Under the pieces are notes generated by a model that did no database searches, was not told where the DNA came from, and saw only the letters and a program-made list of their open reading frames with translations. From the NCBI RefSeq assembly GCF_030144855.1, contig NC_082736.1, positions 6,448,001 through 6,512,000 on the forward strand: a stretch of DNA of 64,000 nt. Reading direction: 5' to 3'. Position 1 is the stretch's first letter. Each line of letters opens with the position of its first letter. This document shows, in pieces, positions 49,300-63,279 of this stretch. Position numbers and translations under genes: made by a program. Source of the stretch: Hypanus sabinus (Eukaryota).

Positions 49300-51365
49300 G
49301 AACATGTGGTGTAGAACTAGTATTTGCCTGCTTAAATTAATCCAGTATATTAACACCTCCCTTTCTCAAAATATAATTCAACCACTCTATTATCGTACAT
49401 TCCATAAATTTACACAAATGGGACATTTAACTAGAAGGATCCAACTGGGGTTTCCCAGATTTTAGAATAGACACTACAATTGCTATTTTCCATGAGGAAG
49501 GAAGATGGCCTGAACTCCAATTGTGATTCACAAAATGTAATATAATCTCAAGTGTTGTTGGCCATACATTTAAACATACATGTTTAAATCCATCAAATCC
49601 ATGTTTAAACATGGATCATCCTTTCCTGGAGTCATCTGACCTGTACTCTTAATAGTTTTCTTAAATTCACTCAAAGCAAACCTTACATCGCTATCATTGC
49701 TACAGCTGGTTTCCAACACATTGAGGTATACTCTTAAAACCTAATCCCTACATTGTTTAGTTACTTTATTATTTTGATTATGAATTGCAGCAGATGACTG
49801 AGCCAGTAACTCAACCTATTCTCTTTTAGGAACAAATGCATTACCTTCTTTAATCAATACTGGTAACCCTATGAATCCTGCACCCCCATTTTCTTAATCA
49901 TTCCCCAAACATCTCCAAGTTTAATAGTCCTTCTAATGCTGTCACAATATGACCTCTAATCTGTGGTGGCTAGTGCTATCATGTTTGCTGTTGTGTGCTG
50001 GGGCAGCAGGCTGAGGGTAGCAGACACCAACAGAATCAACAAACTCATTTGCAAGGCCAGTGATGTGGTGGGGGTGGAACTGGACTCTCTGATGATGGTG
50101 TTTGAAAAGAGGATGCTGTCCAAGTTGCATGCCATCTTTGACAATGTCTCCCATCCACTCCATAATTTGTTGGTTAGGCGCAGGAGTACGTTCAGCCAGA
50201 GACTCATTCCACCGAGATGCAACACTGAGCGTCATAGGAAGTCATCCCTGCCTGTGGCCATCAAACTTTACAACTCCTCCCTCAGAGTGTCAGACACCCT
50301 GAACCAATATGCTGGCCCTAGACTTATTTCCACTTGGCATTTTTTACTTATTATTATTTAATTTTTTATGGTTTTATATTGCTGTATTTCTGCACTATTC
50401 TTGGTTGGTGCAACTGTAACGAAACCTGATTTCCCTCGGGACCAATAAAGTACGTCTGTCTTTAACTTGCTTTCACAAGTTTCATTACTTTCCTCACCAC
50501 GGCCTGTGACTGTTACACTTATTAAGATCACGCGGAGAGTGATACTTCATAACTTTCCAAAATGCCACAGTTCTCTGAATAATTGCCTCTGCACACTCCT
50601 CCATGCACCGTGGTACAGCCTTTCTCCTATTAATGCACTTCTTAATATGAATTTCTTACACCAGTTTGATGAATAATGTGACAACCTTTCTTTGAATAAA
50701 TCAACATCATCCTCACCATTCAGTCCAGACAGACGTTCTGTTCATCACATAAAACATTAAAACTTCTCCCAATTTGCTTTACCAAAGTTGCACCTCATGA
50801 AAGTGGCCTCTTGACTCCGATATAAATCTAAACCCAGGTTTATAAACAGAGGAAAATGATCACTCCCCAGTGTTTCATCTCCCATGACATTCCACTCACT
50901 CACTCCAGCCTGATGTTTGAAACTAAAGTTAAATTTACAGCAGTTTCAGAACTATTATGGACATTAAATCTCATAACTCTCCCACCAGTAAGACACACAA
51001 GATGTGAAATATCTAAAACTCTTCTATAATCAAACTATCACCATCATTCTGAGAACAACCCCACAGTGAACTCTATGCATTAAAATCCCCAGCCATACAA
51101 CCCTTAGTGAGCTAGAGCTACATATACTCTCCAACAAATCAATCGAAAGCTTTCCACAATGGTTATAATAATATACCTCTTTAATGTCGCTACCTGTTGA
51201 ATCAAATACTTCTCCAAGTGACTCACACATTTCATTTACATCCTCAACTCTGTGCCCTCTGACTTTCTATATAAAACTTGCAACACCACTACCTCTACCA
51301 AAACTCCACCTCCTGAAAGTGGCCTATTGACCCCGATATAAGTGTAAACCCTGACTTATAAATAA
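49300..51365 (-). mobile_element. I/Nimb-like LINE ORF2 remnant
   Basis: 'WSSGHLPSSWKIAIVVSILKSGKPQLDPSS' and an EN 'LGSDHFP' motif near 50850-50870. Confidence 0.7.
49960..50460 (+). mobile_element. Rex1/Babar LINE 3' end, same family as 2290-4408
   Basis: Near-identical peptide 'AIMFAVVCWGSRLRVADTNRINKLI...PVAIKLYNSSL' and the same 3' UTR. Confidence 0.92.
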
Positions 51366-51439
51366 ATCTATCACGCCTAATAACGATATAATCCTGGAAG
51401 GAAGAACTTAAATGTGTTAACAACAGGTTTCCTGAATAC

Positions 51440-52420
51440 ATTTTATTAAACAAAAATATACTTTATTCAAACATAAAATTATATACAATAACCATTCAAT
51501 GACTTCCAATTCTTTACAGTTGCTTCCATTACTGTCTTTACATTTTCAAAATCCTCGCCACCCACGTGGGCACTGTTTTTTTATATTTACATTCAGTGGG
51601 TATACCCCCAACCCCCGCGGGAGAAGAACACTAGACTGTGGTCCTTCCCCACCGGCCCTTTGCGGTGCCTGTATCGAGTTTGTGTAAGTCCCTCAGCACG
51701 TACTCCTGCAGCCGAGAATGTGCCAGTCGGCAGCATTCCCCCACGGACATCTCCATGTGCTGGTAGACCATCAATTTTCGGGCCGACCAAAGAGCGTCTT
51801 TGACCGAGCTGATGATCTGCCAGCAGCACCAGATGTTGGTCTCCGTGTGCGTCCCCGGGAACAGCCCGGAGATCAGAGCCCTCTGTTACGCAGCTGCTGG
51901 GGATGAACCTCGACACTGTCCCTTCAATCCTCCTCCACACCTTCTCCGCGAACCCACAGTGTGCAAAGAGGGGGGGTCACCGACTCCTCCTCTCTCCAGT
52001 CCTCCCGTGGGCGGAGGGGCGTGGAGACGACGTTCCGGGCGTACAGGAGGGATCGGACTGGGAGGTCCCCTCTCACCACCAGCCAGGCGAGGTCTTTGTG
52101 CTTGTTGGTGAGGTCTGGCGATGAGGCATTTTGCCAGATGAACTGGACAGTCTGCTCAGGGAACCACCCCACTCTGTCCATCACAGGTATGGTGGCAACG
52201 ACCAGCCGACAGGGGTGCTGCGTGGGAAAGGGGTCAGACCCATCCTTCGTAGCCAGGGTGACAGGTAGATTCTGGGCACATGGTGGTACTTGGTGCCCAC
52301 GTACCTGGAATCCACACACAACCTGATACAGCCACACACCAAGCTGGCCATCAGGGTGAGGACGACATTGGGGAAGTTTTTGCCCCCGTTGTCCAGGGAC
52401 TTGTGCATGGTGGTCAGTCT
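51440..52420 (-). mobile_element. Tx1-like (L1 clade) LINE 3' fragment
   Basis: 'IWQNASSPDLTNKHKDLAWLVVRGDLPVRSLLY...EEESVT' ORF2 C-terminus with an A-rich tail and aataaa. Confidence 0.78.
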
Positions 52421-52539
52421 GATTCACGTCAGATAGATTTGATAAGTCAGAAATAAACGAAGTAATGACCATTAGAAATCAGGCTTCTGGAAATGCGCGC
52501 ATTGGCCTTTCTTGTACCGTCTGCAGGAATGTCGCAGGT

Positions 52540-52910
52540 CGCTTATGATTGGTGATTGGCCTTATCTGATTGGACAGCAAATATTCCAATCAGGGAGCTG
52601 CTTTCTTCACCAATCAAGAGACAGAAACGGTAGAAGCGCGGTAAATAACCGTCTAACCGCGGAAATAAACTGAAATTTGCAAAACACCGCCAAAAGAGCC
52701 TTGGTTGCTGAAATTAATCTACAACAGGTTTGTTTGTTGACCCTTTACCCCCGTTACTGAAGTCCAACACATTTAAACCAAGTGTAGTTAATATTGCGAT
52801 GGTGTCTGGGAATTCAGTTCACCGATTTCTTTCAATTGATGAACGATTGGAATAAAACAGATTCTCGGCTTCTGTTCGCGGTCGGTCATTGTGTAAACTG
52901 TCAGTTTACC
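52540..52910 (-). promoter_or_regulatory. Orphan H2A-type promoter
   Basis: Reverse complement aligns with 40725-41090 and keeps the CCAAT array. No H2A ORF follows. Confidence 0.7.
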
Positions 52911-53302
52911 AACGGGTCGCCCTTCAGAAAGTGGAGCTTTAAACAATACTCTGAACGAACCGTGAGTGTTCAGCTCTCGCGTTGGAAAGTGGTTAACAGA
53001 AGTAACCAAAATGTGACAAAGCTTAATGAACCGCATTCCCCACAATAATTAAACCAGAAAAAGCAATTAGTGTTCACGTCAGAGGAATCTGATGACCGAG
53101 AGGAAATGATGGGGAAGGGTGCGTAACGATCCTGTGCCTGTACACAGGAATGTAACAGAGAAATCGGGATTATACTAACCAGTGGACAGCAAATTCTGAT
53201 TGACGGAGATACGATCCTGAAAGAGCTCACCAACAAAATATTCCAAACCTACCTTAATTCCAAGTCTCAATAGTCTGTAACTCTTTTAATGAAACCGTGA
53301 GT

Positions 53303-53318
53303 GGCTCTTAAAAAAGCC
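53303..53318 (-). terminator. Histone 3' stem-loop (one U-G pair)
   Basis: Reverse complement ggcttttttaagagcc. Confidence 0.9.
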
Positions 53319-53355
53319 TTTGATTTTCGGGTTTGTTTTGTCAGCAAACTTGCCT

Positions 53356-53730
53356 TCACTTGGAGCTGGTGTACTTGGTCACCGCCTTTGTCCCTTCGGA
53401 CACGGCGTGCTTGGCCAGCTCCCCGGGCAGCAGCAGGCGCACAGCGGTCTGGATCTCCCGGGAGCTGATGGTGGACCGCTTGTTGTAATGGGCCAGGCGG
53501 GAAGCCTCACCCGCGATGCGCTCGAAAATATCGTTCACAAATGAATTCATGATGCTCATGGCCTTGGAGGAGATGCCGGTGTCGGGGTGAACCTGCTTCA
53601 TCACTTTGTAGATGTAGATGGCGTAACTCTCCTTCCTCGACCTCTTGCGCTTCTTGCCAGACTTGCTCGCCGGTTTGGACAGAGCTTTCTTGGCGCCCTT
53701 CTTGGGAGCGGGTTTCGGTGCATCAGGCAT
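53356..53730 (-). CDS. H2B: Histone H2B (124 aa)
   Basis: [12 protein letters not shown]...RKRSRKESY...AVTKYTSSK. Promoter paralogous to that of the 39787 gene. Confidence 0.98.
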   Translation of the reverse strand: MPDAPKPAPKKGAKKALSKPASKSGKKRKRSRKESYAIYIYKVMKQVHPDTGISSKAMSIMNSFVNDIFERIAGEASRLAHYNKRSTISSREIQTAVRLLLPGELAKHAVSEGTKAVTKYTSSK

Positions 53731-56700
53731 TTCCTCGTCGGTTTCAAACACAATAATAAGCAGAAGCAGGTCGGAGCGCGGATTAAATAGGCAGCGCCCA
53801 AAGTGGTATGTTAATGAGGATTGGATTGCAGAGCATTCCCATTGGCTGTTTGGAGAAAGGAATCACCAATCGGAACGCTGGGGGATGGGAAGCGGCGCCA
53901 ATGTGTGGCGGTTACCGCTGTCGTTTAATGCAGGAGGAAGTACAGAAGGGCAGAGACAGGCGGGGGTGCGGGCTGAAATTGAAAAGAGAACGCAAATTTC
54001 AAAAGCAGAATGAAAATAAAATCAGATGAACGAAAGAGGGATTTGGACATTTCAATGTAAAGTTTAAATCGAGTTTATTTATGCACAGGTGAGAGGAACA
54101 ACGGATTTGTAGCAGCATCACAGACACATTGCATCAGACACAACATTGACCAGAAACTATGGAATTAAATATGAATTATAGCAAAATATTCAAATAGACA
54201 GAGGACTATCAGAACAAAATCTAAATAACAAAGAGATTATGCAGGCAGTGGGAGAATCACCCTCTTGTGCTTCTTCATCTCGTCACTCTCGATTCAGAGT
54301 CACGCAACGCTGCCACTTTGATCTGGCCCATGCCTTCATTCACCAGGTCCAACACTTGCCTTTATTGGATCTTCCTCCTCCTTACACTGGTCATCGTGTT
54401 TGTGGGGCTGTGTGTCCCCTTGGACCTCTGGACTAAGTTTGAGGGTAGGGTTGGTGTATGTATATGTGGGGCAGGGAGAGGTAAGGCTGCAGAGTTTAGT
54501 ATGGTGAGATATGTGGGGCTACGGTGGATAGGGTAGTGTAGTGGAGCCACTTTAATCTGGCCCATGCCTTTCATTAACGTGGCCTGACACCACCTGGCTT
54601 AGTGAACTGGGTTTGCAAAGGGACACATCATTAGTAATACAAATTAGGGTCATTGGATGATCATGAGACTATCTCACGCAGGCGACCCAGCCAGGGTGGA
54701 TCAGGCCCGGTTTGAGTTTATCCCATGGAGCAAGATAATGAGAGGCATGTAATTCTGCATGTTGCATGATTTTCCACCTTGTTACTTGGCATTAATTTGA
54801 CCATTTGGGGAGTAGAATGTTCTGAGGCCTACTAATCAGGCTTTACCTCCAATTAAGGTTCAACTTCCCTGCCTTAAATTTACACCAGTCTTTATTTTGC
54901 ATCTGTGTACCTGGGATTGCATGGACTAAATTAATAACATTTACTGCAGTACAAAGTAGTGATTAATGTTGGGCAGATTGATCCAAAATTTCAAAAATCT
55001 CTGAAATCGGGAATTTATTGTATTGACATTACGTCACAAATGGGGAATTTTACCCAGGATTAAATAGCTTGTCTAATGAAGAGCATTTCATGGCTCCAGG
55101 CCTCTAGTCACTGGAAATTCAAAGAAAGAAGTGTTACTGAATTGAAACCTATCAAATAGTGAAAGGACTTGAGTGAGTGGATGTGGAGAGGACTTTTCCT
55201 GTGGTAGGAGTGTCTGTAACCAGACCACACAGTTTCAAAATAGAGGGGCATCCTTTTAGAGTGGAGATGAGGAGGAATTTCTTCAGCCAGAGAGTGGTGA
55301 ATCAGTGGAATGTTTTGCCTCAGGCAGCTGTGGAGGCCAAATCACTGGGTATAGGCAGAGATTCATAGATTCTTGTTTGGTCAGGGCCAGAATGGAGACA
55401 AGGGAAGATAAGAGATTGAGCCTAAAAGGAAAAAGAATGATCAGTGATGATGAAATGGCAGAGCAGGCTCAATGGGCCAAATGGCCAAATTCTGCTCCTA
55501 AATCTGATGGTCTGATGGACTTACTTATTTACTAAAATTTTCCCTCAGCTTTGACACAACCCTGCACCTGAGGCTCCAGATTACTTATATAAGGAATACA
55601 GATGTTCTTTGTTCTCTGATTAAAGGAATATGATCTCATTTCCATCCTGAATGCATGTCACCTCATTCTGATCAACAGACACAAAATGCTGGCGGAAGTC
55701 AGCAGGCCTGGCAGCATCTATGGGAAAGGGTAATGAGTCGATGCTTTGGGCTGAGAACCATCACCAGGACGAGATCTGATGGAAGGGTCTTGGGACAAAG
55801 TGTTGACTGTTTACACGTTTCCATAAAGGCTGCCTGTCCTGCTGAGTTCCTTTAGCATTTTGCTTTGGATTTCCACCATCAGCAGATTCTCTTGTGTTTG
55901 TGATTTACGCCTCATTCTGAGGGTATTTTCCTCAGTTATGGAGATCTCATTCAGAGGAAAGATCCTCCTTGCCTGCTGCCAGTCACATCCAGAAAGAATC
56001 TAACAGATTTCCTCATTTTCTCATTAACTGCAGGAATACAGACCCAGCCGACTCACTTATGTCTCACATAACCAACCCTCCATCCCTGGAACCAGCCCAG
56101 TCAGTGTGGGGAACAGTCACTGAACTCCCTCTATTGCAGGGATATCCTTCCTGAGGAAGTGTGACCAAACCCGGACACTACATTCAAGGTGTGCTCTCAC
56201 CAGGGCCCTATAGAATCCAGTGAGACATCTGTACCCCTCTTCTCCACTCCTCCTGGATCACAGTACAAAATACTGTTTGCCCCTCTCATTACTCATTGTA
56301 TCAGGATGTTAACTCAAGTGATTTGTTTACAAGGAGGCCCAGGTTCCTCTGAACATCCCCGTGTGGAAATGACTCTTACAGTTTGATCCTGGGAATTGGT
56401 GATCTCACATTTCCCCACATTCTGTTCCATCTGCCCCATCCTCAACCATTCACTCTCCTGTTGACATCCCCCAAACCTTCTCACAACTGACACTGTCCCT
56501 CCCACTCTGCCACAGCAACAGATGTAGTCACTGAATTATGCAGCACAGAAACAGGCCCTTCAGCCCAACACATCCATGCTGGCCAAGTAGCCAAACAAAA
56601 CCATTGTCAGTTACCTGAATTTGTCCCATGTCCCTGTGAAACTTCCCTCTCCACAGTCCAAGAGATATTGCAACTGTGCCCACCTATACCTCCACTTGGG

Positions 56701-56867
56701 GTAGCTTGTTCCATAGAAATAGCACATTCTGTGTACAAAACCTGCTCCTCAGGGTCCCAGTTAAATCTTTCCTTTCTCACTTTATAAATGTAATCTCTAA
56801 CTTTTCAGTCCATGACCCTGGAGATAACAGAATCACTATTGACCGTATCAATTCCTGCCATTATTTT

Positions 56868-58063
56868 CTTTCTTTTTAAATCTTTTTATTGATTTTAAAC
56901 AAACATAAATTAAACATGAATACAAAGAGCTTGAGAGTACATAGGTTAAAGTATAAATACAAATGGATCATAATCCATATGTAATAACCTCCCAAAATCA
57001 TAGTGGTTACAGCAAATGGAGAAAATAAGAAAACCTCCCCAAGAAAACCGAACCAACATGGGCCATTGCTTTATATATCAATTATACGCAGTAGCATCAA
57101 TAACTCCACACCTCCATCCAGATTATTAAGGAGGATAAGAGTAAGGTTTAGGAAAAGTCAGATGAGTTCATATGAAAATGTTGAATAAATGGTCTCCAAG
57201 TTTCTTCAAATTTAACTGAAGGGTCAAAAACAACACTTCTAATTTCTTTTCTAAACTCAAACAAGAAATAGTTTGAGAAAACAACTGAAATATAATTGGA
57301 GGATTAATTTATTTCCCGTTCAACAGGATAGATCTTCTAGCCATTACTGTAACAAATGCAATCATCTGCCGGGCTGAGGGGATAAACAACTTTTATCCAC
57401 CATTGGTGAACCAAAAATTGCAGTAATAGGATGTGGTTGCAATTTGATATTCAGAACTGTTGAAATAATATCAAAAATATCTTTCCAATAATTTTGCAAA
57501 CAGTGGCAAGACCAAAACATGTGGGTCAATGAAGCGACTTCAGAATGACATCTGTCACAGGTTGGATTAACATAAGAATAAAATTGAACAAGTTTATCCT
57601 TGGACATGTGAGCCCTATGTACAACCTAAAATTCTATTAGGGCATGTTTAGCACAAATAGAAGAAGAATTGACTAATTGTAAAATTTTCACCCACTGCTC
57701 TGTGGGTATAAGTCAGTGAAGTTCTTTTTCCCCATTCCTTCTTAATTTTTTCAAGTACTTCTGGCTGTATTTTCATGATCATGTTATAAATGATGGCTAC
57801 TAAAACCTTCCAGCAAGGATTCAGAGCTAACAAAAATTCCGTCATATCCATTGGACATGATTTTGGAAAAGTCTGTAATATATTATTCATAAGATTTCTA
57901 ACTTGCAAGTATCTAAAAAATGACTTTTAGACAAATTATGTTTATTGGATAGCTGTTCAAAGGACATAAAGCTGTTGTCTAAAAATAGATCACGAAAACA
58001 TGTTATACCTCTTGTTTCCCATAATACAAAGGCTTGATCCATACAAGAAGGCTGAAAAACAAG
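56868..58063 (-). mobile_element. 5'-truncated L1 insertion
   Basis: Perfect 14-bp TSD cctgccattatttt (56854-56867 / 58064-58077), T-rich tail and ORF2 CCHC motif 'CDRCHSEVASLTHMFWSC'. The empty site is visible near 36860-36880. Confidence 0.93.
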
Positions 58064-58889
58064 CCTGCCATTATTTTATCAGCCTCTCTAATGCCACATA
58101 CACTCTGGTGAGAATGTTCCAGCCTATCCAGCCTCCTGTTAAATCCCTTTTGCACCCTCTCCAGTTTAATGTCACCCTCTGATCACTGGGCAACTATAAC
58201 TGTACGCCCTGCTCCAAGAGTGGTTTCCCCAAGGCTGGGAGAGCTGTAATGTGACGTCACGGTCCAGTGCCCAATACTCTCCCGATGAATGCAAGTGTGG
58301 CAAACACCACCTTCACCGTCCTGCCGACCTGTGTTTACACTTTGAAGGAATTCGATATCTGCACCCCGATGTCTCTCTGTTTTACAGCACTCCCAGGGAC
58401 CGACCATTCCCCACGGCAGTTCGGCCCTGGTTCGTCAATGACAACGGAACATCTCTTGTTCTTGTTTGCAGGCTCGAAGGGCCGAATGGACTACTCCTGC
58501 ACCTATTTTCTTTCTCACATTTATATGCCATTACTCAAATCACTGACCTCATTGACCACCGTCCTGTTGTATTGCTGGTTACATTCTTCACACTTTAGTG
58601 ATATCTGCATATTTGCTGAGCCGGGCATTGACATTGTCAGCCGAGTCTTTAATGAATGAACTGCAGCAGCAGACCTGACTCAGCTCCCAGGCTTTTCCTT
58701 GCAGCGATACCCGCACAGTGCTGGAGGAACTCAGCAGGCCAGGCAGCATCTGTGAGAAACAGTAAACAGCCGACGTTTCAGGCCGAGACCGTCCAGAATC
58801 TGAACAATGTCTTGTGTTTGGTTTTCCATCGATCCTTTCTTACGTGACTGGATAACATAATCGATCCTCCAACCCTCTGCCACTACTCC

Positions 58890-59062
58890 CGCCCGAGAAA
58901 CGCGCAGAGAGACAGAGGCAGGGAGGGGAGGAGACAGAGTCAGAGTGACGGACAGAGCCGAGAGCGGCCTCTCATCGTCCAGCTCCGCCTTCACTTTACT
59001 TCACCCGGCAATTTCCAACGGTTTATCCGAAACACAGAGCTCCAGAGAGGGGAAAGAAAACT
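58890..59062 (-). promoter_or_regulatory. Orphan duplicate of the H4 upstream promoter
   Basis: Direct repeat of 59972-60145 that lacks the TATA box and CDS. Confidence 0.85.
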
Positions 59063-59533
59063 CCCTCAGACACCACGTCCAAAGTGAAGGATTTCTAGGA
59101 ATTTACTGGTGGTCGGACTTCATGCTATCAGAATACAGTGTGATTGGCGCAGGATTAAATTCAAATCGCCCGCCGATTTCAGAGCACCCAGCAACGGTGC
59201 TTGATTACTTTTTATATTATTTACCATTAATTGTATCACGGATTCTACAATTTGTTTCATTTTATATATAATTGCCTCAGTGAAGATTTAAATGGATGAT
59301 TACAGAATCGTTTCTCTGAATGAGGGAACTGATTTCTGTCCGAGACGGACAAGGGGATGCTGATCGATCTTAATGCATTCAGAGCTTCTGCCGTAATCAC
59401 CGACTGAAAAGGCAGAATCGCAGGGATATTTCAAGCCGAACGGATTAATCTGTTTCAAAAGTAGCTCAGCCAAATATATCGATAAAAATAATTAAAAGGT
59501 TGTGGACACGGCTCCCTCTGTGAGGCGGTGGGT

Positions 59534-59549
59534 GGCTCTTAGAAGAGCC
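59534..59549 (-). terminator. Histone 3' stem-loop
   Basis: Reverse complement ggctcttctaagagcc. Confidence 0.95.
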
Positions 59550-59582
59550 TTTGTGTTGTGTTCGGGAGGAAGTGGGAGTATT

Positions 59583-59903
<321 letters not shown>

Positions 59904-61719
59904 TCATTCAGGTCGCTGCTCCGTGACAAACCGACTGCTGATGTCTCCTTTTATACACAGCGCCCCGACCTGCCCGAGAAACGCACAGAGAGACAGAGGC
60001 GGGGAGGGGAGGAGACAGAGTCAGAGTGACGGACAGAGCCGAGAGCGGCCTCTCATCGTCCAGCTCCGCCTTCACTTTACCACACCCGCCAATTTCCAGC
60101 GGTCTATCCGACACAAAGCGCTCCAGCGGGGGGCGGGGAAACTGACTCACACACTACGTACAGTCTGGAGGATTTCTGGAAATTTGCTGATTCTCCTGCT
60201 TTAAATTATAGGAAGTGCTTTTCCATTCCGCAAATCCCCGAGGACCCCGGTCTGTCCCTCCCCGGCCCCATGACCAGTGCGAGCGTCCTCACACACAGCA
60301 GTTGGTGGCCGAGGGTGCAGTCACTTCCAGTGATGAGAGGGTTAAATCATTAGAACAATTGTTCCCCTGGGTCACGAGGGAAATGAAAGTCCGGTCACCC
60401 AAAGGAACAGGATACTTAGGCAGAAATAAGGATATACAGACCGCGCTTCTGGCGCCTTCCAAAGCCCAGGTAAGGGGTGGCTGAGGAGCTGGTGCGAGGT
60501 GGGTGGGGATTCAGGCACAAGGATCAATTGCCTCTCGAAATGAAGGTGAGACAGGTCCAGTGAGGAGGAGAGTCAATATGTTTACTGGAAGCTTTCTTCG
60601 TGCGACACGGAAAGGTGTAAACGAGCAGGTATGAGGTCCTACAAATTGATTTTCCGGAACTAGGTTAAAACAGCAGGACTTCCAGGATTATAATTACAGA
60701 ATTATGACCCAAACCATGTGGTTGTGTGGTGAGAAATTGATATGTTGTGCAGTTTAATATGTTGCTGAGGAACTGATGCAGGAGGGAGGTCTTCAGATTT
60801 ATGGATCAGTCGGCTCCCTTCCAGTCAGGTGGGAGACCGGGACAAACAAGACCATCTCCATCTGGACCGGAGGGGAACCAATATCCTCTCCAGGAGGTTT
60901 GATGGTGTCACTTAGCGGAGTTTGAACTGGAGTAGCAAATGGGAGAATGTGTGTATGACAAGACAGTCTGAACAGAACGAGAGCCAATGTCAGGCCAATG
61001 GTGGGACTGATGGGATGAAATGAGGTTAATTCAACATTGGGAGTATGTGTCAGATGGACAGGGCTGGCAGCTCAACATTCCTGGGTTTGAATGTTTTACA
61101 TGTGAGTGGGGGGAAGGGGGTTAAAAGGTGCAAAGGTTACACAACTGAGAATATCACAGCAAACTGGAGGGTTCATTTACAACGGCAAACTTCAGTTACA
61201 CTGACAGGATTATTGAATTGTCCCTCCCCAGTAACAAGTGGGGGACTTTATCTTCCATAGAATTGACTGCAACTTGCTTACTGCTAAGATATTCCAGACT
61301 GGCTCAGCGAATCTGAGGAATGTTTGAAACATTATGTAGAGCCCAATCAGAGTTCAGAACAGACAGGAATTAGTTTTTCAGAAATAAAGCAGGCCAGCTG
61401 ACAGCTGAGAGTCAGTGAATGTTTTGGGATCTTATATTTCTCTTACTTATGAGTAAGAATAAAATTAGATCCTGTATGAAGGTACTAAATCCCAGAAGGG
61501 CAAGTTAGAATGCAGTCAGACAGAAGCCAAGCGGCATTGATTGGGAGCAGCCACTGTTTGACAACTCCAGGCCTGACATGTGGGAGTTGTTTAAAGACCA
61601 GCAGATCCGAGTCGATATTGAGCTACAGGATTCATCCACACTTGGAAAGGCATGGCTTGCTTCATGGTTTTGTGTGGACACATCACACTAGACAAAATTG
61701 ATCGAGGATTCGGTGGTGG

Positions 61720-63240
61720 TGATACAGAAATAACATATAGGTGTAGAATTATGCGATTTGGCCCATCAAGTCTGCTCTCTCTTTTCATCTTGGCTGAGAC
61801 ATTTTTCCTCTCAGCCCCAATCTCCTGCCTTCTCCCTGTATCCCTTCATGCACTAACCAATCAAGAACCAATCAACTTCTGCCTTAAATACCTAAAGTCT
61901 TGGCCTCCACAGCTGCCGCCCGTGGCAATGAATTCCACAGATTCACCACACTCTAAAGAAATTCCTCCTCATCTCCAATCTGAAAGGATGTCCCTCTCTT
62001 CTGAGGCTGTGTCCTCTGGTCTTAGACACTCCCATCCTCTCCACATCAACTTTATCAAAGCCTTTCACCATTCGATAGGTTTCAATTCGTCATCCCTCAT
62101 TTTTCTAACTTCCAGGGAATAAAGGCCCAGAGCCATCAAACACCCTTCACATGGCAAGCTGTTTAATCTTGGAATCATTTTTGAAAATCTCATTTGAATC
62201 CCATCCAGTTCCAGCTCATCCTTCCTAAGATAAAGGACCCAAAACTGCTCCCAATAGTCCAAGTGAGACCTCACCAGTACTTCATAAAGTCTCAACATCA
62301 CATCCTTGCTCTTATATTCTGGTCCTCTTGAAATGAATGCTAACTTCACATTTGCCTTCCTCACCACAGACTATACCTGCAAATTAACCTTTAGAAAACA
62401 AGCACAATGACTCCCAAATCCCTCTGCACCTCATTTTTTCTGTATCTTTTCTCCCTTGAGAAAATAGTCAACCCTAATATCTCTTCAACCGAAGTACATG
62501 ACCATACATTTCCCAATTCTGTATTCCATCTGCCACTTATTTGCCTATTCTCTTCATCTGTCTGTCTTTCCCTGTTTCTTCAAAAATACCTGCACATCCA
62601 CCTGTCTCTTCATATCATCTACAAATTTTGCAAGAAATCCATCAACTCCATCATTCAAATCATTGACATATAATGTAAAAAGAATCAGCCCCAACATTTT
62701 GGTGCTTGATAACGGCAAGACTGTGGACATGATCTCTACAGATCTTAGTGGGATTCAATATAAATTGAAATTTCAATTCAGAAATGGATTCCTCATAGAA
62801 AGCTAAGTATTGTCGGATGTCCGTGAACAGTGGTGATCCACAAGGATTGATGCTGGAATTATGCTGAGTGTGATATATATCAATGTTTGGATGAAAATGT
62901 TGATGGGTGGTTTACAAGTTTACATGTGACTGCAAGATTGGTGGAATCGTGGACAGTGTAAACATTGATCAATGCACACAGATCACAAACAGATATGCAG
63001 AGAATTTGCAGAAGGAATTTACTCTGGGAGGGAATGCGGTATTGCACTTTGGGAGGTCAAATGAAAGAAAAAAGTATAATGTTAATGATTGGCTCCTTCC
63101 CAGCATTGGTGAAAAGAGTGAACTTGGGATCCAGGCAGATAGTTCACTGAATGTGGCTGCACAATGGGATAAGGTGTACAGAATGCTGGTCCCAAATGGT
63201 CAGGGTGTTGAGTATAAGAGTAAGGGAGTCATGTATTAAG
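61720..63240. mobile_element. CR1 fragments (minus 61720-62700, plus 62700-63240)
   Basis: 'MLRLYEVLVRSHLDYWEQFW' (minus) and 'VLHFGRSN' (plus). Confidence 0.8.
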
Positions 63241-63279
63241 ACAGGCATACACACGTACAGGGAAAGGACCATGTCCAGG

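Noticed and set aside
50785-51365. About 60-bp direct repeat (50785-50845 / 51305-51365) resembling LTRs
   Set aside because: No TG..CA ends, PBS or TSD. It lies within a LINE remnant and is more likely a local duplication
58720-58800. Another hammerhead-type tail copy with an intact GAAACGTC
   Set aside because: It lacks the CTGANGA box, so it is not called a ribozyme and counts only as a family fragment
60200-60476. Possible divergent first exon upstream of H4 ending at ag|gtaagg (60469)
   Set aside because: Only a single donor motif. Downstream sequence looks like decayed CR1 and no partner exon was found
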